Shown here in pieces: positions 9,761-20,030 of a stretch of DNA of 64,000 nt. Position numbers and translations under genes: made by a program. Where the stretch lies: assembly GCA_963720545.1 (NCBI GenBank), contig OY970399.1, forward strand, positions 2,688,001 to 2,752,000, given 5' to 3'. The DNA is from an uncultured Acidobacteriota bacterium. Its GTDB lineage: Bacteria > Acidobacteriota > Vicinamibacteria > Fen-336. The notes below the pieces were generated by a model. It was given only the letters and a program-made list of their open reading frames with translations. It did not search any database and was not told the DNA's origin. Position 1 is the stretch's first letter; each line of letters begins with the position of its first letter.

Positions 9761-12503
9761 CGGCGGTCCTTTCGGCACCGGGGATGCTGCCGGCGGCCGC
9801 ATCCAGCGCGCGCAGCGCCCGCTCGAACACCTGGCGGACGAAGAAACCGGTCTTGTGCCGGTCGAAGGCGCGCAGGCGTTCGGCGAACTGTACGAGGCCC
9901 AGCTCGCCGATATGGCCGGCGGCCAGCGAGCGGATGGTTTCGCCGGGCTGCTCCAGCAGCTCGCCGAGCAGCTGCTCGTAAGTCGGCGGTGTCCGCGTCA
10001 CCGGCCCCTGCACCGCCAGCCGCTCCGCATCCGGCACGTCGTCGATGAGGCCGATGACCAGGTCGCGCAGCGGTGGCTGCAGCACGTTCGCGGTCAGCTC
10101 GCGCGAGGTGGCGCGGATCTTGGCGCTGGTGCTGCCGAGGCCTCGGTGGATGGGCTTGAAGTTCTCGCGCGTGAAGCGCAGCGACAGCAGGCGGAACAGG
10201 CGCTCGATGGCGTGCGTCTCCTTGTCGCGCAGCAGCGCCACCAGCAGCTCGTGGCCGGGAGTGAGGCGCGCCGGCACTTCGGCGGCGCCGTTCTCGAGGA
10301 TCGCGCGCCATTCGATGAGGCGGTAGGTGGCGGCGATGGTGCGCTCGATGGCCTGGTCGAGCACCGAGTCGTCGAAGTTGATGCCGGGGTTCTCGGTGGC
10401 GATACGGCCGAGGCCGCGGATGATCTTGAAGCGCACCAGGCCGTCGTTCTCGTCGAGCAGCCGCTCCTGCAGCACCTGCAGGGCCGCCTCCGGCTCGAAC
10501 AGCACCAGCGAACGCGGCACGTGGCGGCGGATCTCGTGCGGCAGGTGCTCGTCCTTCAGCGACTCGGCCAGGAAATGCAGCGCGCGCTCGCCCTGCGCCA
10601 CCAGCGCCGCGCGCGCCGCCGGCCGCACCTCGTGGCTCACCAGGAACGACATCAGCGGCGGCAGGAAGGCGTCGTCGCGCACCGCGCCCATGGCGCGCGC
10701 CACCTCGATCTGCACCTCTTCCTCGGAGGAGTCTCCGAGGAGCGTCAACGCCGGGACGAAATCGGGCGAGGGCTGGCGCGTGATGGCGCGCGCCAGCACC
10801 AGCCGGGTGCGCGCCGAGGCGGCGCAGGCGATGCCTTCGATCGCCTCGCGGTCCTCGTCGGTGCCGAGGCCGCGCGCCACCATCACCACCAGCGCCGTGG
10901 CCCGCACCAGCGGATCGACGTCGCCCGTGGAGGCGCGCAGCGAGGCTTCGTCGGGCGCCACCGCGTTGCGGGCGCGCAGCGCGGCGGCGCGCACCTCCGG
11001 GTCGGGGTGGCCGATGAGGCGGTCGGCGACCGGATAAAAGTCGTCGCGCTTCGACAGTTCGAAGAGCTCCAGGGTGCGCAGCACGATCGCGGACGAAGGA
11101 TGGAAGAGGAGCAGCGCCGGCACCAGCCGCACCCGGCCCTCTTCCGCCAGCAGGTCGAGGGCAGCGAGCACCTCGCTGTCCTCGGCGCTGTTGAGCGAGG
11201 AGAAGAGCGACTCCAGCGAGCCCAGGTCGAGCTCCGGCATGTCCACCGAGCTGTGCATCGAACCCTCGCGCAGCGCGTCGCGGAACAAGTTGAGGTAGTG
11301 CTTCTTGATGTCGGCGGCGAACGCGATCCAGACGATGCACAAGCCGCCGGCCGCCGAGGCCAGCACGTAGTCGCCGCGCCGCAGGCCGATGTCGCTGAGG
11401 ATCGCGAGCGAGGCGATCGCCTGGCCGGCGCGCTGCGTGACGCCGTCGATGAACGGCTTGACCCGCGAGCGCAGCGCGTCGGGGATGGGGACGAACAGCA
11501 GCTCCATCGCGGTCTTGTTGAGCGAGAAGCGGAAGGCGCCGTCGGCGCCCTTCATGATCAGCGCCGCCGCCAGGCCACCGCCGAACGCGACCCCGGCGGA
11601 CCCGAGCGCCAGCAGGCTCGGCAGCACCCACAGCGCGCGGTGCAACCCGAGCAGGCGCATGAGGATGCCGGCCAGCAGGAACTGGGTGAGGAGCCCCGCG
11701 ATGTTGAGCCCCATATAAAAGGTGGCGAAGAACTCGGCGAGGTTCTCCTTCGGGATGGCGCGCGCCACCTCGCTCTTGAAGACGTAGTCGGCGACCGTGA
11801 TGGCGACCGTCGAAACCAGCACCAGCACCGTAAGGTTCTTGAGGTAGGCGTTGCCCTGGATGAGGCGCAGCGGCTCGCGCAGAGCGGCCAGGCCGCGCCC
11901 GCCGGGAGCGTCGATGGTGGTGCGCTGCAGGTAGAGGCCCGGGCCGAGCGCCGTCAGCACCATCAACAGCGCGGAAGTCGGCAAGAGCGTGTCGGCGGGG
12001 AACGAGCCGGCGACGATGCGGGCAATGCCCGAGCCGGCGACGGCACCCATGACGCTGCCGGTCGCGACCACGCGGAACACGCGCTTCGCCTGCGTCACGG
12101 TGAAGCGGTCGGACATGATCACCCAGAACTCGACCGCGGCGAGCGTGCCGAAGACGCCGGTCCAGATGTAGAGGCCGTAGACGCGGAAGTGGCCCTGGTA
12201 GCCGACGCCGGCGAGATAGAACGCCAGGGTGACGGCGGCGGCGAACAGCAGCAGGAAGCTGAGGCTGAACTTCACCGCGATCCGGCCGAGGCGCTTCAGC
12301 GGCGAGTCGGAGATGAGCATCGCGATGCCGGCGATCGCGAGGTACATGAACGGTAGCTGCGAAGCCGGCAGCCGCGACAGGAACAATGCGTCGCGCGCGG
12401 TCTCGAGGATCGTGTGGCTTGCGAGGATGCCGAACAGGCCGAAAAAGGACAAAAGCGCGGCGCTGCGCTCGTCGGCACGGATGTCGCCCAGAAAACGCGC
12501 CAT
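9750..12503 (-). CDS. NTT/MFS-type nucleotide transporter fused to HEAT repeats
   Basis: N-terminal domain of about 12 TM segments (ETARDALFLSRL, QAKRVF, RVKPFIDG), followed by HEAT-like repeats (DPEVRAAALRA, DPLVRATAL, EVRPAARAAL). Confidence 0.85.
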   Translation of the reverse strand: MARFLGDIRADERSAALLSFFGLFGILASHTILETARDALFLSRLPASQLPFMYLAIAGIAMLISDSPLKRLGRIAVKFSLSFLLLFAAAVTLAFYLAGVGYQGHFRVYGLYIWTGVFGTLAAVEFWVIMSDRFTVTQAKRVFRVVATGSVMGAVAGSGIARIVAGSFPADTLLPTSALLMVLTALGPGLYLQRTTIDAPGGRGLAALREPLRLIQGNAYLKNLTVLVLVSTVAITVADYVFKSEVARAIPKENLAEFFATFYMGLNIAGLLTQFLLAGILMRLLGLHRALWVLPSLLALGSAGVAFGGGLAAALIMKGADGAFRFSLNKTAMELLFVPIPDALRSRVKPFIDGVTQRAGQAIASLAILSDIGLRRGDYVLASAAGGLCIVWIAFAADIKKHYLNLFRDALREGSMHSSVDMPELDLGSLESLFSSLNSAEDSEVLAALDLLAEEGRVRLVPALLLFHPSSAIVLRTLELFELSKRDDFYPVADRLIGHPDPEVRAAALRARNAVAPDEASLRASTGDVDPLVRATALVVMVARGLGTDEDREAIEGIACAASARTRLVLARAITRQPSPDFVPALTLLGDSSEEEVQIEVARAMGAVRDDAFLPPLMSFLVSHEVRPAARAALVAQGERALHFLAESLKDEHLPHEIRRHVPRSLVLFEPEAALQVLQERLLDENDGLVRFKIIRGLGRIATENPGINFDDSVLDQAIERTIAATYRLIEWRAILENGAAEVPARLTPGHELLVALLRDKETHAIERLFRLLSLRFTRENFKPIHRGLGSTSAKIRATSRELTANVLQPPLRDLVIGLIDDVPDAERLAVQGPVTRTPPTYEQLLGELLEQPGETIRSLAAGHIGELGLVQFAERLRAFDRHKTGFFVRQVFERALRALDAAAGSIPGAERTAGAG

Positions 12504-12521
12504 GGAAAGGTGATCTTCCCA

Positions 12522-12545
12522 CGGAGTTAACGCCGAATTAACCGG
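12522..12545 (+). promoter_or_regulatory. Putative Pho-box-like direct repeat (TTAAC x2, 11-bp period) between the divergent NTT-HEAT and porin genes
   Basis: cggagTTAACgccgaaTTAACcgg, with TTAAC at 12527 and 12538; a near-identical motif precedes pstS. Confidence 0.55.
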
Positions 12546-12607
12546 GCCGCCGCCGCGCCGTTACTTTGGGCCGATAGCTTGCCGCTCGAGAAAATCCCAA
12601 GGAGGGA

Positions 12608-14033
12608 ATGAGTGAAGCTCATCCGCCTCACCGCTTCTTCGCCGGAATCTTGTTGTTCGCCGCAGTTGTGCTGCCTGCGCCGGCGCGGCGCAAGGCATGT
12701 ACTACAGGAGGTAGAGAAGGATGGGCGGATCTACGTGTTCGACATGACGGCCAGCCGAGGCGAGCCTTCCAGAAAACCGGCGGGGCCGAGCTTGGTGTCG
12801 CGATCACCCGCCCGGGCGCTCGGTCCGGACGGCGAGACGGTGGTCTTCGACAGCGAGCAGGCGATCAACTACTACAACTTCAAGCACGGCATCGCCGAAG
12901 TGGTTGAAAAGCCGAAAACGCCCAAGGTCGACATCGTCTACCGCGACGGCCGCACCACGGTCGACTTCGACAACGGCCAGATCCAGTTCCAGAACCGCCT
13001 GCAACTGCGCTATACGCACCAGTTGCCGCCGTCGGAGACACAGCTTCCGGGCACCTCGAACAAGGGTGACTCGAAGGGCTCGTTCCGCATCCGCCGCTAC
13101 GAGCCGCAGTTCCAGGGCTGGATCTACAAGAAGTGGATCGGCTACAAGCTCGAGTTCGCCTTCCAGGACCTGCAGAACGACGCGGTCGCCGGCGGCGCCA
13201 TCAACGACGCCTACTTCACCTACGACTTCGGCAAGGGCACGCGCAGCTTCCGCGCGCAGTTCGGCCAGTTCAAGGTGCCGTTCGGGCGCCAGGAACTGAC
13301 CTCGTCCTTCAACCAGCAGTTCGTCGACCGCTCGATCATCGCCGGCGAGTATGAGCGCGGCCGCGACCTGGGCCTGCAGCTCGACGGTCTCCTCGGCGGC
13401 GGCAAGCTCGAGTGGCGCGTCGGCCTCTTCAACGGCAACCAGCGCAACAAGACCCTGAACGACAACAACAAGTTCCAATACGACGCGCGGGTCACCTGGC
13501 TGCCCTGGGGCGAGCCCGGCTACTCCGAGAGCGACTTCGAATCCACCGACAAGCCGCTGTTCGCACTGGCCGGCCAGTGGGAGCTGAACGACTTCGCGAA
13601 CACCGTGGCGCCGGTGGTGCCGACGGGCGCTCCCGCGGGCACGCCGGCGGTGATTCCCTCGGTCACGTCCTGCCCGTGCGGCAGCGGCGCGCTGAAGCGG
13701 ACCACTTACGGCGTCGATGCCGTCCTCAAGTACAAGCGGCTGTTCCTGATGGGCGCCTTCTACAACCGCAAGATCGACCCCATTGTCAGCACCATCGAGA
13801 ACTTCAAGTCGAACGGCTACCACACACAGGCGGGCTACCTGCTCGACTCGGCGCGTCACTGGGAAGTGGCCGTGCGCTACGCGAGCTTCGACCCGACCGA
13901 CAAGACCTCGAGCAACGACCGCACCGAACTGGGCTTTGGCCTCAACTACTTCTACAACAAGCACAACGCCAAGATTCAGTCCGACTACCGGATCCTCGAG
14001 AACAAGTCGACGAAGCTGAAGGACAATTCGTGA
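12608..14033 (+). CDS. Phosphate-selective porin (OprO/OprP family); 5' and 3' ends disturbed by apparent indels
   Basis: GGAGG RBS before ATG 12608; QLRY, FRIRR, GQFKVPFGRQELTSS, FVDRS, GRDLG, GLNYFYNKHNAKIQSDY; directly upstream of pstS. The signal peptide is in a different frame from the body. Confidence 0.8.
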
Positions 14034-14077
14034 AGTGCGCGCTTCAAACTCTAGTCTGGATCTGCGTAGGACGCCGT

Positions 14078-14114
14078 CGGAGTTAACACGGATTTAACAG
14101 CACGCATTAACCGG
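14078..14114 (+). promoter_or_regulatory. Putative Pho-box-like repeats upstream of pstS
   Basis: cggagTTAACacggatTTAACagcacgcaTTAACcgg; TTAAC at 14083, 14094 and 14107. Confidence 0.6.
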
Positions 14115-14168
14115 CCCGTTCCTTCGGGCCGGTACCTTTTGATCAAAGACATGGAAAGAGGCAAGCAC

Positions 14169-15132
14169 ATGAAGAGCACCGCAGCGGCGCTCCTGGCATT
14201 CGCATCCCTGGCGGGCCTGGCGCTCGCCCAGGCGGTCAAGGTGGAAGACAGCGATCACCGGGTACGCGAAGACCTCGGGCGTCTCCGGCAACATCAACAG
14301 CGTCGGCTCCGACACGATGAACAACCTGATGACGCTGTGGGCCGAGTCGTTCCTCAAGATGTACCCGAACGTCAAGATCCAGGTGGAGGGCAAGGGCTCG
14401 TCGACGGCGCCGCCGGCGCTCATCACCGGCACCGCGCAGTTCGGCCCGATGTCGCGCGCGATGCGCGCCACCGAGATCGACCAGTTCGAGAAGAAGTACG
14501 GTTACAAGCCGACGCAGATCCGCGCCTGCTACGACGCGCTCGCGGTCTACGTGAACAAGGACAACCCGCTCGAGAAGCTCGACCTCGCGCAGGTGGACGC
14601 GGTGTTCTCGAAGAGCCACCGCCGCGGCGGCAAGGCGGTCGCGACCTGGGGCCAGCTGGGGCTCACCGGCGACTGGGCCAACCGCCCCATCAGCCTCTAC
14701 GGCCGCAACTCGGCGTCCGGCACCTACGGCTTCTTCAAGGAGCACGTGCTGCAGAACGGCGACTACAAGGACCAGGTGAAGGAGCAGCCGGGTTCGGCAT
14801 CGGTCGTCCAGGGCGTCACCGAGGACCGCTTCGGCATGGGCTACAGCGGCATCGGCTACAAGACCTCGGGCGTCAAGGCCGTGCCGCTCGCGGAAAAGGC
14901 CGGCGGCTACTACTCGTCGGGCAGCTACGAGGACGTGAAGACCGACAAGTACCCGCTGCACCGCTTCCTCTACATCTACGTCAACCGCGCGCCCGGCAAG
15001 CCGCTCGATCCGGTGGTGCGCGAGTACCTGAAGCTGGTGCTCTCGAAGGAAGGCCAGGAGGTCGTCGTGAAGGACGGCTACCTGCCCCTGCCCGCCGAGA
15101 TCGTGACGCAGGAACTGGCGAAGATCGAGTAG
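14169..15132 (+). CDS. pstS: Phosphate ABC transporter substrate-binding protein (frameshift near 14245)
   Basis: Signal peptide from ATG 14169. The body (GSDTMNNL, EGKGSSTAPPAL, GRNSASGTYGFF) is in the frame of ORF 14317..15132. Confidence 0.9.
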
Positions 15133-15213
15133 GCGCCGAGACCGAAATAGCAACCAAGACCGTGGCCAGCACTGGCGACGACGCCGCGAACCTTTGCAAG
15201 ATCCGCCGCGCGC

Positions 15214-17466
15214 GTGCGGCGGGTCAAGCTCGTCGACCGCCTGGCCACGCTCGTCATCACCCTCGGCGGCCTGTTCATCATCGCCGCCGTGTTGTTCATC
15301 TTCATCTTCATCCTGGCCGAGGCGCTGCCGCTCTTCCGCAGCGCCCGCGGCGAGGCACTGGCACCGCTGGCACTCCCGGCGCTGCCACCGAATCCGACAG
15401 CACCCGCAGCAGCAGCGGCGCCTGCTCCTGCAGGACTGCCGCCCGCCGCTGCGGCGGCGACCGGCGCCCCGGCGCTGCTGGTGAGCGGTGTTGACGAATA
15501 CCAGAAGTACGCGTACGAGCTGCTGAGCGATGGCCGCATCGTGACGCGCTCGCTCGGTGACGGCACCGTCGCGAAGAGCTTTCCGCTTGCCTCGCTCGGT
15601 ACGGCCACGATCACCTCGGCCTTCCGCTCGACCCTGCACCAGACGATCGTCGCCGGCACGTCCGACGGGCGCGTGCTGGTGGAGCAGGTCGCGTTCCAGC
15701 CGCGCTTCGAGAACGAAAAACTGGCGGATGTCGATGCGGTGGTGACGGAGACCGCGGTGATCGTGGTCGACCCCGCGGGTACGGCAAAGGTCGGCCTGCT
15801 GGGGCTGCACGAAGGCGACGAAGGCCCGACGATCGCGGCGGCGGTGGCGCCCGGCACGCTGGTGCTGGTGAAGCCCGGCGGCGAGGGCGAACCGAGCCGT
15901 GTGCAGCTCTCCTCGCGCGCCGGCGAGACGTTCACGCACGTGGCACTCGGCGCCGGCGATGCCCTGTTCGCCGCAACCGACAAGGGCGACGTCTACCACT
16001 GGGACATCGGCGCCGCCGAGCCGCGCCTGCTCGAGGTGCGCAAGCTGTCGAACGCGCCGGTCACGGCGCTCTCTTTCTCACTCGGCGAGATCAGCCTGCT
16101 GGTGGGCGACAACTCGGGCGAACTGAGCTCCTGGATCAGCGTCCGGCAGAGCGAGGACGACGCGGATCCGTCCCTGGCGCGCTCCCACGTCTACGAATCG
16201 CAGGGTGCTGCGATCACGCACATCGCCTCGTCGCCGCGCGACAAGAGCTTCGTCACCGCCGCCGCCGACGGCTCGCTGGTGCTGCGCCACCTGACCTCGG
16301 AGCGGACGCTGCTGCGCTTCCCGGGCCACGGCCAGCCGGTCACCGACCTGCTCGTGACCCCGAAGATGGACGGCATCATCACCACCACGGCGGGTCAGCT
16401 GCAGCGCTACACCGTCTCGAGCCCGCATCCCGAGGTGTCGTGGCGCGCGCTCTTCGGCAAGGTCTGGTACGAGGGCTATCCGCGGCCCGACTATGTCTGG
16501 CAGTCCACCGGCGGCAGCGACGACTTCGAGGCGAAGTTCAGCCTGATCCCGCTGGTGTTCGGCACCATCAAGGGCACGCTCTACGCCATGTTGTTCGCGG
16601 TGCCGATCGCGATCATGGGCGCCCTCTACACCTCGCAGTTCATGCACCCCTCGATCCGCGGCAAGGTGAAGCCGACGGTCGAGATCATGGCGGCGCTGCC
16701 GAGCGTCGTGGTCGGCTTCCTGGCAGGGCTGTGGCTCGCCTCGCGGGTGGAGAGATCGCTGGTGCCGGTCCTGCTCATGACCGTGCTGCTGCCGGCGTTC
16801 GGCACCGCCGGGTTCCTGCTCTGGAGCCGCCTGCCGCACGGCCTCGCGCGCCGCATCAAGCCCGGCATGGAAGTGATGCTGATCCTGCCGCTGCTGCTCC
16901 TCGGCGCGCTGTTCGCAACCTACGCCGGCCCGATCGTCGAGTCGTCCTTCTTCGGCGGCGACCTGCGGCTGTGGCTCAACTCCGCGATGAACCTCGTCTA
17001 CGACCAGCGCAACGCCCTGGTGGTCGGCCTCGCCATGGGCTTCGCGGTGATCCCGATCATCTTCACGATCGCCGAAGACTCGTTCTCGAGCGTGCCCTCG
17101 CACCTCACCGCGGCGTCGCTCGCGATGGGCGCGAGCCGCTGGCAGACGGCGACCCGCGTGGTGCTGCCGACCGCGAGCCCGGGCATCTTCTCCGCCGTCA
17201 TGATCGGCTTCGGTCGCGCCGTCGGCGAGACCATGATCGTGCTGATGGCGACCGGCAACACTCCGGTGCTCGACTGGTCGCTGTTCAACGGCATGCGCAC
17301 GCTGTCGGCGAACATCGCGGTCGAAATTCCCGAAGCGCCCTACGGCGGCACGTTGTACCGGGTGCTGTTCCTCGCCGGCCTCGCCCTGTTCATGCTCACC
17401 TTCGCAGTCAACACCGCCGCCGAGCTGGTGCGCCAGCGCCTGCGCGAGCGTTACAAGGTCATCTGA
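15214..17466 (+). CDS. pstC: Phosphate ABC permease, long form with large soluble beta-rich domain
   Basis: KPTVEIMAALPSVVVG, GFGRAVGETMIV, RTLSANIA. The true start may be GTG 15162 with an indel. Confidence 0.92.
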   Translation: MRRVKLVDRLATLVITLGGLFIIAAVLFIFIFILAEALPLFRSARGEALAPLALPALPPNPTAPAAAAAPAPAGLPPAAAAATGAPALLVSGVDEYQKYAYELLSDGRIVTRSLGDGTVAKSFPLASLGTATITSAFRSTLHQTIVAGTSDGRVLVEQVAFQPRFENEKLADVDAVVTETAVIVVDPAGTAKVGLLGLHEGDEGPTIAAAVAPGTLVLVKPGGEGEPSRVQLSSRAGETFTHVALGAGDALFAATDKGDVYHWDIGAAEPRLLEVRKLSNAPVTALSFSLGEISLLVGDNSGELSSWISVRQSEDDADPSLARSHVYESQGAAITHIASSPRDKSFVTAAADGSLVLRHLTSERTLLRFPGHGQPVTDLLVTPKMDGIITTTAGQLQRYTVSSPHPEVSWRALFGKVWYEGYPRPDYVWQSTGGSDDFEAKFSLIPLVFGTIKGTLYAMLFAVPIAIMGALYTSQFMHPSIRGKVKPTVEIMAALPSVVVGFLAGLWLASRVERSLVPVLLMTVLLPAFGTAGFLLWSRLPHGLARRIKPGMEVMLILPLLLLGALFATYAGPIVESSFFGGDLRLWLNSAMNLVYDQRNALVVGLAMGFAVIPIIFTIAEDSFSSVPSHLTAASLAMGASRWQTATRVVLPTASPGIFSAVMIGFGRAVGETMIVLMATGNTPVLDWSLFNGMRTLSANIAVEIPEAPYGGTLYRVLFLAGLALFMLTFAVNTAAELVRQRLRERYKVI

Positions 17467-19103
17467 TGAAGATCATGACGCTGGTCCGCCGCGGTGAACC
17501 GATGATCTGGTTCACCGGCAGCGCCCTCGGCATCGCCTTGCTGATGATCGCCGGGCTGATCGTCGTGATCCTCACCAACGGACTCGGCTTCTTCTGGCCG
17601 CAGCCGCTCGAGCGCATCACGCTGAAGGACGGCACCGTGGTGCTCGGCGACGTCGTGAACCGCGAGGAAGTGCCGCAGCCGGGAGAGAAGGGCGTGCCGG
17701 TGCACCGCATCCAGGTGCGCGTCGGCAACCGCGACATCGGCGGGGCCGACTTCCGCTGGATCGACGAGGCGCAGATCGCCTCTCGCGACAAGCCGCGCGA
17801 CGCGTTCTTCGTCGAGCGCCGCGAGTACGGGCCGCTCATCGGCACGCCGGTGGCCATCCGGCGCGGCGACACCGTCGTGGCCGACGGCCCGGCCGCGGTC
17901 GAAGCCGCACTGCCGGCGCTGCTGCGGCAGGCGCACCAGGATCGCCGCGCGATCCGCGCGCTCGAAAAGGACGAGATCGGCGCCATCAACATGCAGATCG
18001 AGGCGATCCGCATGAAGGGCCTGGCGCTCGACCTCGAGCACCGCAAGAACCCGGGCCTCGACCTCACCGCAAGGCGCGACGCGCTGGCGCGCGCCGACCA
18101 CACCGAACACGCGCGCTACGAGGCGAAGCAGGAGGAGCTCGCCTCGGTGATGGCGAAGGCCGGGGAGTCGCGGGTGACGTTCGCGGCCGCCGACGGCGCC
18201 ACCAAGGAGATCGCTGCGCTCGACATCTTCCGCGCCTACCCGGCGAACCAGCTGGGCCTCGGCGCGAAGGCCGCGGTCTACGCGAGCCGGCTGTGGACCT
18301 TCGTCAGCGACGATCCGCGCGAATCGAACACCGAAGGCGGCATCTTCCCGGCGATCTTCGGCACCGTGATGATGGTGTTCCTGATGAGCCTGATGGTGGT
18401 GCCGCTCGGCGTGCTCGCCGCGTTGTACCTGCGCGAGTACGCGCGCCAGGGTCCGCTGGTGCGCTTGGTGCGCATCGCGGTCAACAACCTCGCCGGCGTG
18501 CCCTCGATCGTCTTCGGCGTCTTCGGCCTCGGCTTCTTCGTCTACTTCGTCGGCGGCTCGATCGACCGCCTGTTCTTCCCGGAATCGCTGCCGACGCCGA
18601 CCTTCGGCACCGGCGGCATCCTGTGGGCGTCCCTGACCCTGGCGCTGCTGACGGTGCCGGTGGTGATCGTCTCGGCCGAGGAGGCGCTCGCGTCGGTGCC
18701 GCGCTCGATGCGCGAAGCTTCGCTCGCGATGGGCGCGACCAAGTTCCAGACGATCCTGCGCGTGGTCCTGCCGGCGGCCGCGCCGGGCATTCTTACCGGC
18801 CTGATCCTCGCCATGGCGCGCGGCGCCGGCGAGGTGGCGCCGCTGATGCTCACCGGCGTCGTCAAGCTGGCGCCCGAGATGCCACTCGACTCGGTGTTTC
18901 CGTTCTTCCACCTCGACCGCAAGTTCATGCACCTCGGCTTCCACATTTACGACGTCGGTTTCCAGAGCCCGAACGTGGAGGCGGCGAAGCCGATGGTATA
19001 CACCACCGCGATCCTGCTGCTGCTGATCGTGGTGGCCCTCAACATGACGGCGATCCTGGTGCGCAACCGCCTGCGCAGGAAGTACCAGACCTCGGCGTTC
19101 TAA
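17466..19103 (+). CDS. pstA: Phosphate ABC permease, long form
   Basis: TGATG overlap with pstC; DDPRESNTEGGIFPAIFGT, NLAGVPSIVFG, ARGAGEVAPL. Confidence 0.93.
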   Translation: MKIMTLVRRGEPMIWFTGSALGIALLMIAGLIVVILTNGLGFFWPQPLERITLKDGTVVLGDVVNREEVPQPGEKGVPVHRIQVRVGNRDIGGADFRWIDEAQIASRDKPRDAFFVERREYGPLIGTPVAIRRGDTVVADGPAAVEAALPALLRQAHQDRRAIRALEKDEIGAINMQIEAIRMKGLALDLEHRKNPGLDLTARRDALARADHTEHARYEAKQEELASVMAKAGESRVTFAAADGATKEIAALDIFRAYPANQLGLGAKAAVYASRLWTFVSDDPRESNTEGGIFPAIFGTVMMVFLMSLMVVPLGVLAALYLREYARQGPLVRLVRIAVNNLAGVPSIVFGVFGLGFFVYFVGGSIDRLFFPESLPTPTFGTGGILWASLTLALLTVPVVIVSAEEALASVPRSMREASLAMGATKFQTILRVVLPAAAPGILTGLILAMARGAGEVAPLMLTGVVKLAPEMPLDSVFPFFHLDRKFMHLGFHIYDVGFQSPNVEAAKPMVYTTAILLLLIVVALNMTAILVRNRLRRKYQTSAF

Positions 19104-19127
19104 CGGCGTTTTTTGGTGAGATGTCGG

Positions 19128-19997
<870 letters not shown>

Positions 19998-20030
19998 TAT
20001 CACAATAGCGCGCCAGGGGAAGAAGAGAAG

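Noticed and set aside
15214..19103. Unusually long PstC and PstA
   Set aside because: Long-form Pst permeases with extra soluble domains are already known in other bacteria, so this is not novel.
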